IMG/VR virus record: IMGVR_UViG_3300022699_000224
Location: 1 to 64,000 of that record
Reading direction: 5' to 3' (one strand)
Origin: a virus
DNA: 64,000 nucleotides
This document shows, piece by piece, positions 35,553 through 46,085 of this stretch (within the stretch, counting starts at the first letter, position 1; every line of letters starts with the position of its first letter). The notes under the pieces are model-generated. The model did not search any database. It was not told the DNA's origin and saw only the letters and a list, made by a program, of their open reading frames with translations. Made by a program: the position numbers and the translations under genes.

Positions 35553-36413
35553 ATGAAAATACTTATTTTTGGCGATACACATATAAGAGAAGAAAATATA
35601 GAAGAGTTAAAATTAATATTTAATGAAATTTTATCTATAAATGCAGATAAAGTAATTCATTTAGGTGATTATTATGATAGAAATAGACCAACTCCTAAAG
35701 AATTATATTTTGGCACTAAAATAGCTAAACGATTTTATAATAAATATAAAGATGTTACTATAATTTCTGGTAACGGTCAACATGATATATTAAATAATTA
35801 TAGTATTATTCAATATTTAGAAAATATTGGTATTAATACAATAAAAGGAGATTATATTTATAATAATATGCTTTTTGGTCATTTTATGTTAAATGAATCT
35901 AAATTAGAATATGGTAGTGGTAGATGTGGTATTAAGGATTTAAAAAAATATCATAAAGTATTTTTGGGGCATCAGCATGAATTTGAAGAGTTAAAAAGGA
36001 ATACAATTTATCATATAGGTTCAGTTAGGTTTTGTAATTTTAATGAAGTAAATGATTCTTATAAACGAATTGCGATATTAGAAAATAATAATATTAAATT
36101 CATTAAATTAAAAAGTCCTTATAAAATGTTAGATATTACTAATATAGAAAAATTAAATGATTTAGATAAAAATACTAAAGTAAGACTAATATATTCTAAT
36201 TATAATAATTTTAAATCAGATATAAATAATATACCTAAATATAAATCTAAATTTGCTAATTTCAAGTTAAAATTAAGTTTTGATAATACGTTAAATACTT
36301 CTAATATTAAAATTTCTAATAAGAAAAAAAAGTTAATTGATATTTTAAATGAGGGAATAAACAAGATTAATGATAATGAAGTAAAAAATTTATTAAAAGA
36401 AATTATTAAATAA
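35553..36413 (+). CDS. SbcD/Mre11/gp47-like nuclease
   Basis: GDTH, LGDYYD, GNG.HD, H, LGHQH, GS. Confidence 0.88.
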   Translation: MKILIFGDTHIREENIEELKLIFNEILSINADKVIHLGDYYDRNRPTPKELYFGTKIAKRFYNKYKDVTIISGNGQHDILNNYSIIQYLENIGINTIKGDYIYNNMLFGHFMLNESKLEYGSGRCGIKDLKKYHKVFLGHQHEFEELKRNTIYHIGSVRFCNFNEVNDSYKRIAILENNNIKFIKLKSPYKMLDITNIEKLNDLDKNTKVRLIYSNYNNFKSDINNIPKYKSKFANFKLKLSFDNTLNTSNIKISNKKKKLIDILNEGINKINDNEVKNLLKEIIK

Positions 36414-36415
36414 TT

Positions 36416-37846
36416 ATGAAAATATTAAAAATAAAATTAAAGAACTTTAAAAACTTTTCTACCGAAAAAGAATTTTATTTTGGTAAACTTAATTTTATTA
36501 AAGGTAATAACGGAACAGGTAAAACTACTTTAGCATTAGAAAGTATATTATTTTGTCTTTATGGTTATACCTTTAAGAATTCATTAGCAGGGTTACCTAC
36601 AAGAGAAAAATCTAAATCATGTAACGTAGAAATAACAGTTAAAGATAAAAATAATAAATATATAATTTTTAGGTCTTATCCTACTAAAATAAAAATACAA
36701 AAAGATAATGAAGAATTAAAATTTTCTAATAATTTAGAAGCTCAAAGATTTATAGATAAATTATTTGGTAATAGAATTAATTTTATTAAGTTTAGAACTA
36801 TAGATGCATATAGAAAAGAATCTAACTTTTTAGAAGAAGGTAATACTGCGTTTAAACGTATTTTATTTTCTTCTTCAGATGAAATTTTTAGTAAAATAAA
36901 GGATAAACTTAATAATTTAAAACACGAAAGAGAAATATTTAATAAAGAAACTGCATCAGTAAATAATCATTATCCATCATTAAAAAGACTAAGTGTTCTT
37001 AATAATAATATAAATAAATTAGATAAGAATATAAAAAATACCCAAAGAGAAATAAAGTTTATAAATAAAGATTATATTAAAAATGAGAGACAAAAGTCTA
37101 AGTTAGCAGAAAGAAAACAACGTTATGCTTCACAACAAACTAGATTAAAACAAACTAAAAAGTGTTATACTTGTGGACAAGAATTATCTAAAGAAAAACA
37201 AAAGAAAATATTAGAAAATTTAAAAAAAGAAATAAATATATTAGAATCAACAATGCCTAAAGTAAATAATCAGTTAGATATAACAAAAACAATGCTTAAA
37301 GAATTAGAAATAGAATTAAATAGTCAACGTAATAAAAAAGATATTATTAATAATTTAAAATATAAACTACAAGAAAGAATAAAACAAAAAGATTATAAAT
37401 GGACTAATAAAGATGTATTAGTAGTTAAAAAAGCAATTAAAGAAATAGATAATTTATCAACATATTATTTAACTGAAAGTATTAAAATATTAAAACCTAT
37501 TATTAATTCTGTATTAGAGAAAATAAATTTTAAAGTGAATTTTGAAATAAATGATAAAGGAAAATTTATAATTACATTAAAAAAAGATAATATAAAATAT
37601 AATTACAAAGATTTGTCTACAGGACAAAAACTTATATTACAAATAGCTTTTAAATTAGCATTATTAATTGAAAAAAATGAAAGTGGAATAATAATAGCAG
37701 ATGAAGGATTAAGTTCATTGGATGAAATTAATTTATTACATATTATTCATATATTTGAAAATTATCCGTTTCAATTATTTTTAGTATTGCATAATGCTCC
37801 TGTAATGCCAGAGTCAATTAAAATAATTAATTTGGAGGAAAAATGA
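36416..37846 (+). CDS. SbcC/Rad50/gp46-like ATPase
   Basis: GNNGTGKT, CYTC zinc hook, LSTGQ, DEG..SLD, H. Confidence 0.9.
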   Translation: MKILKIKLKNFKNFSTEKEFYFGKLNFIKGNNGTGKTTLALESILFCLYGYTFKNSLAGLPTREKSKSCNVEITVKDKNNKYIIFRSYPTKIKIQKDNEELKFSNNLEAQRFIDKLFGNRINFIKFRTIDAYRKESNFLEEGNTAFKRILFSSSDEIFSKIKDKLNNLKHEREIFNKETASVNNHYPSLKRLSVLNNNINKLDKNIKNTQREIKFINKDYIKNERQKSKLAERKQRYASQQTRLKQTKKCYTCGQELSKEKQKKILENLKKEINILESTMPKVNNQLDITKTMLKELEIELNSQRNKKDIINNLKYKLQERIKQKDYKWTNKDVLVVKKAIKEIDNLSTYYLTESIKILKPIINSVLEKINFKVNFEINDKGKFIITLKKDNIKYNYKDLSTGQKLILQIAFKLALLIEKNESGIIIADEGLSSLDEINLLHIIHIFENYPFQLFLVLHNAPVMPESIKIINLEEK

Positions 37847-38343
37847 AACAATGTCAACATAAATTAATAAAAACAATTACTTTAGCAGATGGAGTTTATA
37901 ATATATGCAAAGATTGTTTAAAAATTATATCAGAAACAAAGAGATACAAAACTATCCCTGAATTACAAATTATTTGTCATAATATTGCAGTTAAAAAAGG
38001 TTTTTGGGATTGTCCAGAATGTAATGGAACAGGTAAGAAGAAATCTTTATTTTTACAATTCATAAATAGCGAATATAATTATGATGAATGTAATAATTGT
38101 AATGGAAACGGTCATATTAATAGAAACAATGGAGAATTAATTGCTTTAATGCATGCAGAATTATCTGAAGCTTTAGAAGATTTAAGAAAAGGTAATGATA
38201 AACATGTAGGGGAAGAATTAGCTGATTGTGTTATAAGAATTTTAGATTTTTGTCAAGGAAGAGATATTGATTTAGCACATGAAATAGAAAATAAAATAAA
38301 GAAAAATAAAAAAAGACCTTATAAACATAATAAAAAATTTTAG
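37843..38343 (+). CDS. MazG-like nucleotide pyrophosphohydrolase with inserted Zn-finger
   Basis: ELSEALE..RK...EELAD.VIRILD...K...N..RPYKH; CPECNGTG/CNNCNGNG insert. Confidence 0.82.
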   Translation: MKQCQHKLIKTITLADGVYNICKDCLKIISETKRYKTIPELQIICHNIAVKKGFWDCPECNGTGKKKSLFLQFINSEYNYDECNNCNGNGHINRNNGELIALMHAELSEALEDLRKGNDKHVGEELADCVIRILDFCQGRDIDLAHEIENKIKKNKKRPYKHNKKF

Positions 38344-38355
38344 ATAGGAGGTAAA

Positions 38356-38607
38356 ATGGAACTTTTATCAGATTTAGAAAATAAATTATATGATTATATT
38401 AAAAAGAATAAAGAAGTTACTTATGATGCAATAAGAAAGAATTTAGGGCTTAATTATATGGGAGCTATTGGTAAATTACTTAATTTAAAATTAATAGAAA
38501 AAGGAAAACGCAAAACAAATGAAACTATATCAACAGGATTTGATAGATATGGAACTAAATTAGTAAAAATTTTAAAATTAAAAGATAAAAAGGAGAATAA
38601 TGTCTAA
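38356..38607 (+). CDS. Possible winged-HTH protein
   Basis: Small ORF with wHTH-like spacing. Confidence 0.5.
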   Translation: MELLSDLENKLYDYIKKNKEVTYDAIRKNLGLNYMGAIGKLLNLKLIEKGKRKTNETISTGFDRYGTKLVKILKLKDKKENNV

Positions 38608-38794
38608 TAAAAAAAGTAAATTTTATTATGAAATTAGAAAATTAGTAACTTCTTTGCATGGAGTGAAATACGAAGAATTATCAAGAGGAATTAGGAGAGA
38701 TATAGATAAAACTACGAATAAAATAATTAATTTATTTATTGATACTACTATAGTAGAATTAAAATCGTTATTAAGAAATACAATAATTAATTAA
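38600..38794 (+). CDS. Hypothetical protein
   Basis: ORF, AAGGAG RBS. Confidence 0.5.
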   Translation: MSNKKSKFYYEIRKLVTSLHGVKYEELSRGIRRDIDKTTNKIINLFIDTTIVELKSLLRNTIIN

Positions 38795-38806
38795 GGAGGT
38801 AAAAAC

Positions 38807-39136
38807 ATGTCAAGACCTAATAATGAAAAACAAAAACCTAATACTGTAAAAGAACAGATTCCAGAAAAACAATTAAGAGATGTTAAAAAAAGATTAGATA
38901 AAAAACAACAATTATTACAAGAGTTTTTACAATTATCTATCACAGCTACTAAAATAAGACAAAAGATAGATGATATTTATGAAAGAATTAACGATAATGG
39001 TCAAAAAATAAGAACATCTATCCAACATGCTTATAAAAAAATGAAATTAGGTAAAAAGAAGAATTATCAATGGAGATTTGATGGTAGAGATTCTTTTATC
39101 GGTATAGAAATGCCTTTAGAGAAACCTAAAAAATAA
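38807..39136 (+). CDS. Hypothetical coiled-coil protein
   Basis: ORF, AAGGAGGT RBS. Confidence 0.6.
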   Translation: MSRPNNEKQKPNTVKEQIPEKQLRDVKKRLDKKQQLLQEFLQLSITATKIRQKIDDIYERINDNGQKIRTSIQHAYKKMKLGKKKNYQWRFDGRDSFIGIEMPLEKPKK

Positions 39137-39137
39137 A

Positions 39138-39641
39138 ATGTTAACAATAATAAACAAATTAATTTGGGATATACATAAATTATTAGCTTATATTAGAAGA
39201 GAAAAATTTAGCGCTTTAAGATTTCTAAATAAGTATAATAAAATAGAAATTAAATATAAAGGTTATTTATCATTTGATTTTGATTCTGTCATTGCAACAT
39301 ATAAAAGACCTTTTAAATATGATATTTTAGGGAAACCTAATAAAGAAATAATTAAAGTTATGAGATATTATTATGAAAAAGGTTATCATATTAATATTTT
39401 TACAGGGCGTATACTTACTCCTAAAATGAAAAAATGGTTAAGTAAATACAAAGTGCCTTATCATACTTTTAATGTAAATCCTAAAGTCTTTGATAATGCT
39501 TGTAGATTTAAACCATATTATGATTGTATAATTGATGATAAAGGTTTAAATTATCATTTTAAATATAATGCAAAATCTAAAAAGCAATTAATTAAAGAAA
39601 TAGATGAAATAATTAAATGGAGCAAAGAGGGTAAAAAATGA
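39138..39641 (+). CDS. HAD-superfamily phosphatase-like protein
   Basis: FDFDSVI, FTGR, KP, IDDK. Confidence 0.78.
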   Translation: MLTIINKLIWDIHKLLAYIRREKFSALRFLNKYNKIEIKYKGYLSFDFDSVIATYKRPFKYDILGKPNKEIIKVMRYYYEKGYHINIFTGRILTPKMKKWLSKYKVPYHTFNVNPKVFDNACRFKPYYDCIIDDKGLNYHFKYNAKSKKQLIKEIDEIIKWSKEGKK

Positions 39642-40120
39642 AAATTATAGATATAATGTATGAACCAGAAAAGAATAAGTATTCTTTATTAGAAGAAAAT
39701 TCAAAAAGAAAAGAAATATCTAAAAAAGAATTTTATGATATTCTTCATTTCAAAGAAAAAAAAGCAGAATTTACTGGTAAATATTCTTTAATGATAGGAA
39801 GGTGGCAACCTTTACATAAAGGTCATATTAAATTAATTAGAAAAGTATTAAATCAAGGAAATAAAGTATGTATAGGTATAAGAGATAGTAAAAAAGATAA
39901 TAAAAACCCTTATTCAATTGAAGAAAGAATTGATATGATAAAGCAAGAATTCGGTCAAGAAATAATAAATGAAACAATTAAATATGTAGCATTACCTGAT
40001 ATTAAAGAAGTAGTATATGGTAGAAAAGTAGGATGGGGAATTAGAGAAATAAGGTTAGATGAAAAAATAGAAAATATTTCAGCTACTAATATAAGGAGAA
40101 AATTAAATAATGAAATTTAA
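39638..40120 (+). CDS. HxGH nucleotidyltransferase (cytidylyltransferase-like; possible minimal ATP sulfurylase or NMNAT)
   Basis: IGRWQPLHKGH, NPY...ER, YGR.VG, ISAT.IR. Confidence 0.8.
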   Translation: MKIIDIMYEPEKNKYSLLEENSKRKEISKKEFYDILHFKEKKAEFTGKYSLMIGRWQPLHKGHIKLIRKVLNQGNKVCIGIRDSKKDNKNPYSIEERIDMIKQEFGQEIINETIKYVALPDIKEVVYGRKVGWGIREIRLDEKIENISATNIRRKLNNEI

Positions 40121-40313
40121 ATATACTAGAGAAGAATTACAAGAAGCATTAAAAGATGTTAAACAATTTATTTTAATGACTAAAGATACTCCTAATGGAA
40201 CTCCAAAACGTTTATTGATTTTTCGGGATTTATTGAAAAAAGAATTGATAATAAAAAACCATACTCCTCATAAATTGGAAGAATTAAAACATTTCAAAGA
40301 AAAAGAGAGATAA
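40110..40313 (+). CDS. Hypothetical protein
   Basis: ORF track. Confidence 0.5.
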   Translation: MKFKYTREELQEALKDVKQFILMTKDTPNGTPKRLLIFRDLLKKELIIKNHTPHKLEELKHFKEKER

Positions 40314-41795
40314 ATGAATAATAAATATAAAAAAATATTGAATCCCTTTATAAGTTCTCTACAATACGTTTTAAATGATGATAATATAGATGTTTATAAG
40401 AACGAACAATATATTAAAGATAGTTTAGCTAATGGAAAAATTTGGGATATTAGTCATTCAGAAGATAATGATTTTAAAAGAATAATACAAATTTTTCATC
40501 AAACTACCCAATTAGAGAATAGTCTTGATTTTGATTTGGGAGATGAAAATTTATTCGTGCAAGAAAACGAAGATAAAACTGAATTTACTAATCAAGGTGA
40601 ATTACAATTACAATTTTCTCCTTGGGCATCAACTTATGCAGGTTGGCACTTAAATGAATCATCTGGAAATATAGCATATGATTTTTCTGATAACGAAAGA
40701 AATGCAATTACTGTAAATAATCCTTTATGGATAGAAGGTAAATTAAATAATTGTTTACAATTTAATGGAATTAATCAATATGTAAATTGTGGAGATATAG
40801 CTAATTTTGATTATGATGAATCATTTAGTTTAGAATGTTGGTTTAAAACTAAAAGTAAAAATCAAATTATACTTAGTCGTATGGATAATAATTTAGTAAG
40901 AGGATGGCAATTAGTGCTTCATAAATCTACTTCGATTTATTTTGGATTATATCATACAACAGTCCCTACAAATGCTTTAGTTGTTTATACTGATTCTACA
41001 GGTTGGAATGATGATGAATGGCATCATATAATTATGACTTATGATGGAACTAATAGTCCTTCTGGAATTTGTATTTATATAGATAGAGAAAAACAATCTT
41101 TGATTACATATGGTAATACTTTAACAAGTTCTATAAAAAACCCTGCTAATTGTCAAATTTCAGGAAGAGATGGAGATACTCTTCTTTGGAAAGGAAATAT
41201 AGATGAAACTATTATTTATGATAAAACATTAACTGTTGATGAAGTAGCAAATAGATGGAATTCAGGACAAGGAATTGAATTAACAGGATATGATATTTCT
41301 CAAGGTTGGTATGTTCATACTAATGAAAATCAAATAGATACTTCATTATGGAAAAATATAATCAATATAGGATTTACAGAAACTAAACCAACTGAAACAG
41401 AAATAAGATATTATATATCAACTGATAATAGAAATACTTGGAAATATTGGGATAATGACCATTGGAAGAGTGAAAATAATTTAGATAATATAGATATACT
41501 AGGCAATAGTTCAAGTGAATTAGAATCTTTAAATGAAAATAATTGGATAGATATTGGTTTAACAGATACCTTTGATATTGCTATGAGTTTAAAGACTATA
41601 AATGCAGAAAATACTCCTAGTTTAAGTCAAATTGATATTGCGTATAGATTTCCAGGTAAAATTAAATGTAAAGATTCTCAAATAAGAATAGAATTAATTT
41701 CCCCAACTCTTACTAGAATTACTAATATTTCAGGTGTATTAACTAGTCCTTTAACAGATTTAAGAGCAAATATATTAATTGAAAAAAAATTATAA
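40314..41795 (+). CDS. LamG/concanavalin-A-like domain protein (probable virion protein)
   Basis: W.LNE.SG..AYD.S, FSLECWFK, WHHI..TYDG, G.IDE..IYD..L. Confidence 0.8.
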   Translation: MNNKYKKILNPFISSLQYVLNDDNIDVYKNEQYIKDSLANGKIWDISHSEDNDFKRIIQIFHQTTQLENSLDFDLGDENLFVQENEDKTEFTNQGELQLQFSPWASTYAGWHLNESSGNIAYDFSDNERNAITVNNPLWIEGKLNNCLQFNGINQYVNCGDIANFDYDESFSLECWFKTKSKNQIILSRMDNNLVRGWQLVLHKSTSIYFGLYHTTVPTNALVVYTDSTGWNDDEWHHIIMTYDGTNSPSGICIYIDREKQSLITYGNTLTSSIKNPANCQISGRDGDTLLWKGNIDETIIYDKTLTVDEVANRWNSGQGIELTGYDISQGWYVHTNENQIDTSLWKNIINIGFTETKPTETEIRYYISTDNRNTWKYWDNDHWKSENNLDNIDILGNSSSELESLNENNWIDIGLTDTFDIAMSLKTINAENTPSLSQIDIAYRFPGKIKCKDSQIRIELISPTLTRITNISGVLTSPLTDLRANILIEKKL

Positions 41796-41806
41796 CTTAA
41801 CTAATT

Positions 41807-42547
41807 ATGAAATCAATAAGAAAAATAAGTGTAAAAACAGTAGCTTTAAAAACTATTATATATAGAATTTTTATAATTTTAGTGCAAGCATTTTTTACTT
41901 TTCTTTATATTAAAAATTTTTCTAAAGCATTAAATATAAGTATAGGATGGAATGTAATTAATATAGGATTATATTTTATTTATGAATATTTATTTGCTAA
42001 AAAGTGGGATATGACTATTCAAACTAAAGGAGCTGTTATATGGTTAACAGGTTTGCCTTGTAGCGGTAAGACTACTATAGGTAATAAATTAGCTACTATA
42101 TTAAAAAGAAAAGGATTAAATGTAGAAAGACTTGATGGAGACATAGTAAGAAAAGGTAAATTAAGTGATGATTTAGGATTTTCTAAAGAAGATAGAGATA
42201 AAAATATTAATAGAATTACATTTGTAAGTAAATTATTATCTAGAAATAAAACAATAGTAATAGCATCTTTTGTTTCCCCCTATATATATACACGAAATAA
42301 TATAAGAAATAATGTTACAAATTTTATAGAAGTTTATGTAAAAGCTTCATCTGAAATATGTGCTAAAAGAGATGTAAAAGGAATGTGGGCTAAAGCAAAA
42401 AAAGGAATAATAAAAGGATTTACAGGATATGATGACCCTTATCAAAAGCCTAATAATCCAGAAATTATATGTAATACCGAAAAAGAAAATTTAAGTAATA
42501 GTGTTAATAAAATATTAGTCTATTTAGAGAATAAAAAAATTATATAG
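41807..42547 (+). CDS. cysC: Adenylylsulfate (APS) kinase with N-terminal membrane domain
   Basis: IWLTGLPCSGKTT, LDGD.VR, LGFSKEDR..N..R, FVSPY, RDVKG, FTG.DDPY..P. Confidence 0.93.
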   Translation: MKSIRKISVKTVALKTIIYRIFIILVQAFFTFLYIKNFSKALNISIGWNVINIGLYFIYEYLFAKKWDMTIQTKGAVIWLTGLPCSGKTTIGNKLATILKRKGLNVERLDGDIVRKGKLSDDLGFSKEDRDKNINRITFVSKLLSRNKTIVIASFVSPYIYTRNNIRNNVTNFIEVYVKASSEICAKRDVKGMWAKAKKGIIKGFTGYDDPYQKPNNPEIICNTEKENLSNSVNKILVYLENKKII

Positions 42548-42557
42548 GAGACTGAAT

Positions 42558-43826
42558 ATGAAAATAGGAGTAATAGGTTGCGGATATATAGGATTAAATA
42601 CTTCATTATTTTTTGCTAAAAAGGGTATAGAAGTTATAGGTATAGATATTGATAGAACTAAAGTAGAAGCTATTAATAGAGGAGAAATTATTATTAAAGA
42701 ATTAAAAGATTGGCTTCCTTTCGATAGCAAACCTTTATTTAATAATTATATAAAAGCATATACTGATAGTATTAATTTATTAAATAGAGGAGATATAGAC
42801 GTAATCTTTATAGCAGTGCCTACTGAAAAAAATGGAAAGCCTTATTTTAAATGTTTAGAACCTGTTATAAATGATATAATGATGTCTCCATGTAGAAAAT
42901 CTTTAGTAATTATTGAGTCTACTTTAATGCCAGGAGTATCTGATAAATATATTAAACCTTATATAAAAAATTTTGTTGTAGCTCCTCGTAGGGATTGGTT
43001 TGATATGGAAGGTAGGAATATCGAAAATATACCAAGAATAGTAGGAGGAAATACTAAAGAAAATACTAAAAAAGCTATTGATATTTTAAAGTTAGTATGT
43101 AAAAAATTAATTCCTTGCACTTATAAAGAAGCAGAATTAGTTAAAGCAACGGAAAATTCAATAAGACATATAGGAGCAGTTTATGCTCAAGAATTAACTT
43201 TAGCTCATCCTGATATAGATATTAGAAAAGTATTAAAATTAGCATCTACGAAATGGAATGTGCCTTTTTATTATCCAAATGTATTGGGGTCTGGAGGCTA
43301 CTGTATTCCGTTAAGTAGTAGATATGTAAAACAGTCAGCAAAAAATCCAAAGGATTTAACAATATTAGATAGTGTAATAAATAGAGATGATAACGTTTCA
43401 GAAATTATTGCTAATTATGTTAAACAAAGTAATACTAATTTCCCTTTAGCTTTATTAGGAATTAGCTATTTAGGAAATTTAAAAGTGGCTATATTATCAG
43501 GTAGTTTACGATTTTTAAAACACTTTAATAAATTAGATAATATTTATGTTAATGACCCTTTATACTCAAATAATGAACTTAAAGACTATACTGGATTTTC
43601 TAAAATAGAATTAAATGAATTAAATAAAACTAAAGTGATTATTATAGGAGTAAATCACGATTTTTATAAACAAAATGTAAAAAAGATAATAGCACAAACC
43701 CAAAATGCTAAAGTAATATTAGATATTTTTGGGGTTTTAGAACAATATCAGGAATCTTTTAAATGTCCTTATATAGTTCCAGGTAGGACTAATTGGAGAA
43801 TAGATTTAAAAATATTATTAAAATAG
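42558..43826 (+). CDS. UDP-sugar (UDP-GlcNAc/ManNAc-type) dehydrogenase
   Basis: GCGYIG, AVPT, IESTL.PG, AELVK..ENS.R, GGYCIP. Confidence 0.88.
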   Translation: MKIGVIGCGYIGLNTSLFFAKKGIEVIGIDIDRTKVEAINRGEIIIKELKDWLPFDSKPLFNNYIKAYTDSINLLNRGDIDVIFIAVPTEKNGKPYFKCLEPVINDIMMSPCRKSLVIIESTLMPGVSDKYIKPYIKNFVVAPRRDWFDMEGRNIENIPRIVGGNTKENTKKAIDILKLVCKKLIPCTYKEAELVKATENSIRHIGAVYAQELTLAHPDIDIRKVLKLASTKWNVPFYYPNVLGSGGYCIPLSSRYVKQSAKNPKDLTILDSVINRDDNVSEIIANYVKQSNTNFPLALLGISYLGNLKVAILSGSLRFLKHFNKLDNIYVNDPLYSNNELKDYTGFSKIELNELNKTKVIIIGVNHDFYKQNVKKIIAQTQNAKVILDIFGVLEQYQESFKCPYIVPGRTNWRIDLKILLK

Positions 43827-43834
43827 GAATAAAT

Positions 43835-44890
43835 ATGAAAATAAAATTAGCTATTTTTTGCGGTTGTTATGGTAAACATCCTTTTGGAGGTCCTGCTATT
43901 CGTATGCGTAATATAGCCGAAATGTTATCGGAACATAATATAGATTTTAATATCTTTCATAATCATGATTGTCATGAAGATTATTATAGACCTGAAGCAA
44001 TTAAAATAAGTAGAAATATAAATAAAGTAGATTTAAATAAGTTTAATGTTTTTTGGGTTGAACAAGATTTTAGATATGTTACATTATTAAATAATAAAGG
44101 TATAGAACCAATTATAGGAACTAATATAATACCTAATTCTTGCCCTCAACATGCAATTCCATATATGGATGATTTAGCTAGAAGTAAACAAAGAATTAAA
44201 TTAATTAATGAAACAAAACGAATAAAAACGTTAAGAGGCAAATTCTGGCTAGCTCAATCTGATTTTCAAACTAAAGAATTTAGAAAAATGGGTTTAGATG
44301 ATACTATATCTATATATCAAGCAAGTAATCCAGTAAATATAAAACAATTTAAATCTTCATACGTAGATAAATCAAAAATAATTATAGGATGGACAGGTAA
44401 AAATGTATGGCAAAAAAAACCTGAATTTTTAAAAGAAATAGCTTCTGAATTAGAAAACACTATATTTTATTATTTAAGTGAAAGAATGAATGAGATAACT
44501 TATTTTCCAGATAACGTTAAACAGATAACAGGTAATACAAATATCCAAATGCCTGAAATTTTAAATGAATTATCAATATTTATGTCTACAAGTGTAACTG
44601 AATTACAACCTTTAGGAGTTTTAGAAGCAATGGCATGCGGATTACCAGTAATGGCTTTTAGAACTAGTAGTTTACCTGAATTAGTTAAACATAATGAAAA
44701 TGGTATATTAATAGATTTAGCTAATAGAGAACATTATGTAGTAGAAATAAAAAGATTACTTAAAAACCCTGATAAAATAAAAAAATTAGGTAAAAATGCT
44801 AGAAAATTTATTGTAAATAATTTTTCATATAAAGCATTATTTCCTAAATATAAGAAATTTTTAGAAAAATATGTAAGGATAAACTCATGA
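43835..44890 (+). CDS. GT4-family glycosyltransferase
   Basis: QK.P, E...GVLEAMACGLPV, E.V....NG.L. Confidence 0.88.
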   Translation: MKIKLAIFCGCYGKHPFGGPAIRMRNIAEMLSEHNIDFNIFHNHDCHEDYYRPEAIKISRNINKVDLNKFNVFWVEQDFRYVTLLNNKGIEPIIGTNIIPNSCPQHAIPYMDDLARSKQRIKLINETKRIKTLRGKFWLAQSDFQTKEFRKMGLDDTISIYQASNPVNIKQFKSSYVDKSKIIIGWTGKNVWQKKPEFLKEIASELENTIFYYLSERMNEITYFPDNVKQITGNTNIQMPEILNELSIFMSTSVTELQPLGVLEAMACGLPVMAFRTSSLPELVKHNENGILIDLANREHYVVEIKRLLKNPDKIKKLGKNARKFIVNNFSYKALFPKYKKFLEKYVRINS

Positions 44891-45489
44891 AATATAATAA
44901 AAAATTTTTAATAATAGGACATGGAAATTGCGGAACAGGTTTTATGAGTAAAATTTTACAATCAATAGGGTTTGATATAGGACATGAATATATGGGTAAA
45001 GATGGAATGAGTTGTTGGTGTTGGTCAGTTACCGATAAGGATAATGATTATCCATTTGGTATAAAATATAAGGATAGATATAAGTTTGCTAATATTATTA
45101 TAGCAATTAGAAATCCATTAGATGCAATACAAACTATAAATTATAGGGCTAATAAATCTAGATTAAGTAGGAAATTTAGAGAAAAACATTTAAAAATTAA
45201 ATTTTTTCCAGATGATTATAATAGTTCGGCTATTTCTTACTTAAAATGGTATGAATTAATATTTAAAAATCATCCAGATGCAATAAAAATTCATGTTGAA
45301 CAAGCAGAAAAAGAATTAGCTAAAAAATTAGATTTAAGTTTTAAATATAGAATTCCTCATGATATAAATTCAAATAAAAATAAATCAGGATATAAGAAAA
45401 TTTCGCATAGGCAACTTATAAAAAAAATAAAACCTGAAATAGTAAAAGAAGTAATATTATTTGCTATGAAAGAAGGATATATAAAATGA
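44887..45489 (+). CDS. Sulfotransferase-like protein
   Basis: IIGHGNCGTG (5'-PSB-like), IGHE, IRNPLD.I.T. Confidence 0.7.
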   Translation: MKYNKKFLIIGHGNCGTGFMSKILQSIGFDIGHEYMGKDGMSCWCWSVTDKDNDYPFGIKYKDRYKFANIIIAIRNPLDAIQTINYRANKSRLSRKFREKHLKIKFFPDDYNSSAISYLKWYELIFKNHPDAIKIHVEQAEKELAKKLDLSFKYRIPHDINSNKNKSGYKKISHRQLIKKIKPEIVKEVILFAMKEGYIK

Positions 45490-46085
45490 ATAAATTATTA
45501 TTTATTATAGGAATGAGACGTTCAGGAACTAGTATTTTACGAAAATTAATACTTAAAAATCCTGAAGTTGATTGGATAGATTTTGAACCTCAAGAGTTAT
45601 TATTAGCAACTGATATAATAAATATAAATAGATATAAAAATAATGAATATTTTAATAAAGTCATACAAAGATATAAACAAGAAAATAATAGATATATTGG
45701 ATGTAAATTAGCATTAAATCCAGGTATTATGGCAATGAGATGGAAATGTTTATATAGAGAATTTCCTAAAGCTAAATTTATTTTTATTACAAGAAATTGG
45801 TATGATAGTTATCAATCATGGTTAAGCGTAGATATGGATAATATAAGAGGAGTATGTAATTATAAAATGTATAAGGATTGGGCGAAAAAAATAAAAGATA
45901 GTTTTAGAGTATTTTGTAATGAAAATAGTAATTCAATTTTAATTAAATACGAATTTTTACTTAATAATGCTGATAATGAAATGTCTAAAATATGGAAACT
46001 ATTAAAAATTCTTAAAATAGAAAATTTACAAAAGTTGATTAAAATACCTGAATATATACTAGGAAAAAAAATAGGACTAAGATGA
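45486..46085 (+). CDS. Sulfotransferase
   Basis: FIIGMRRSGTSIL, EP, FP.AKFIFITRN..D...S, KYE.L. Confidence 0.88.
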   Translation: MNKLLFIIGMRRSGTSILRKLILKNPEVDWIDFEPQELLLATDIININRYKNNEYFNKVIQRYKQENNRYIGCKLALNPGIMAMRWKCLYREFPKAKFIFITRNWYDSYQSWLSVDMDNIRGVCNYKMYKDWAKKIKDSFRVFCNENSNSILIKYEFLLNNADNEMSKIWKLLKILKIENLQKLIKIPEYILGKKIGLR

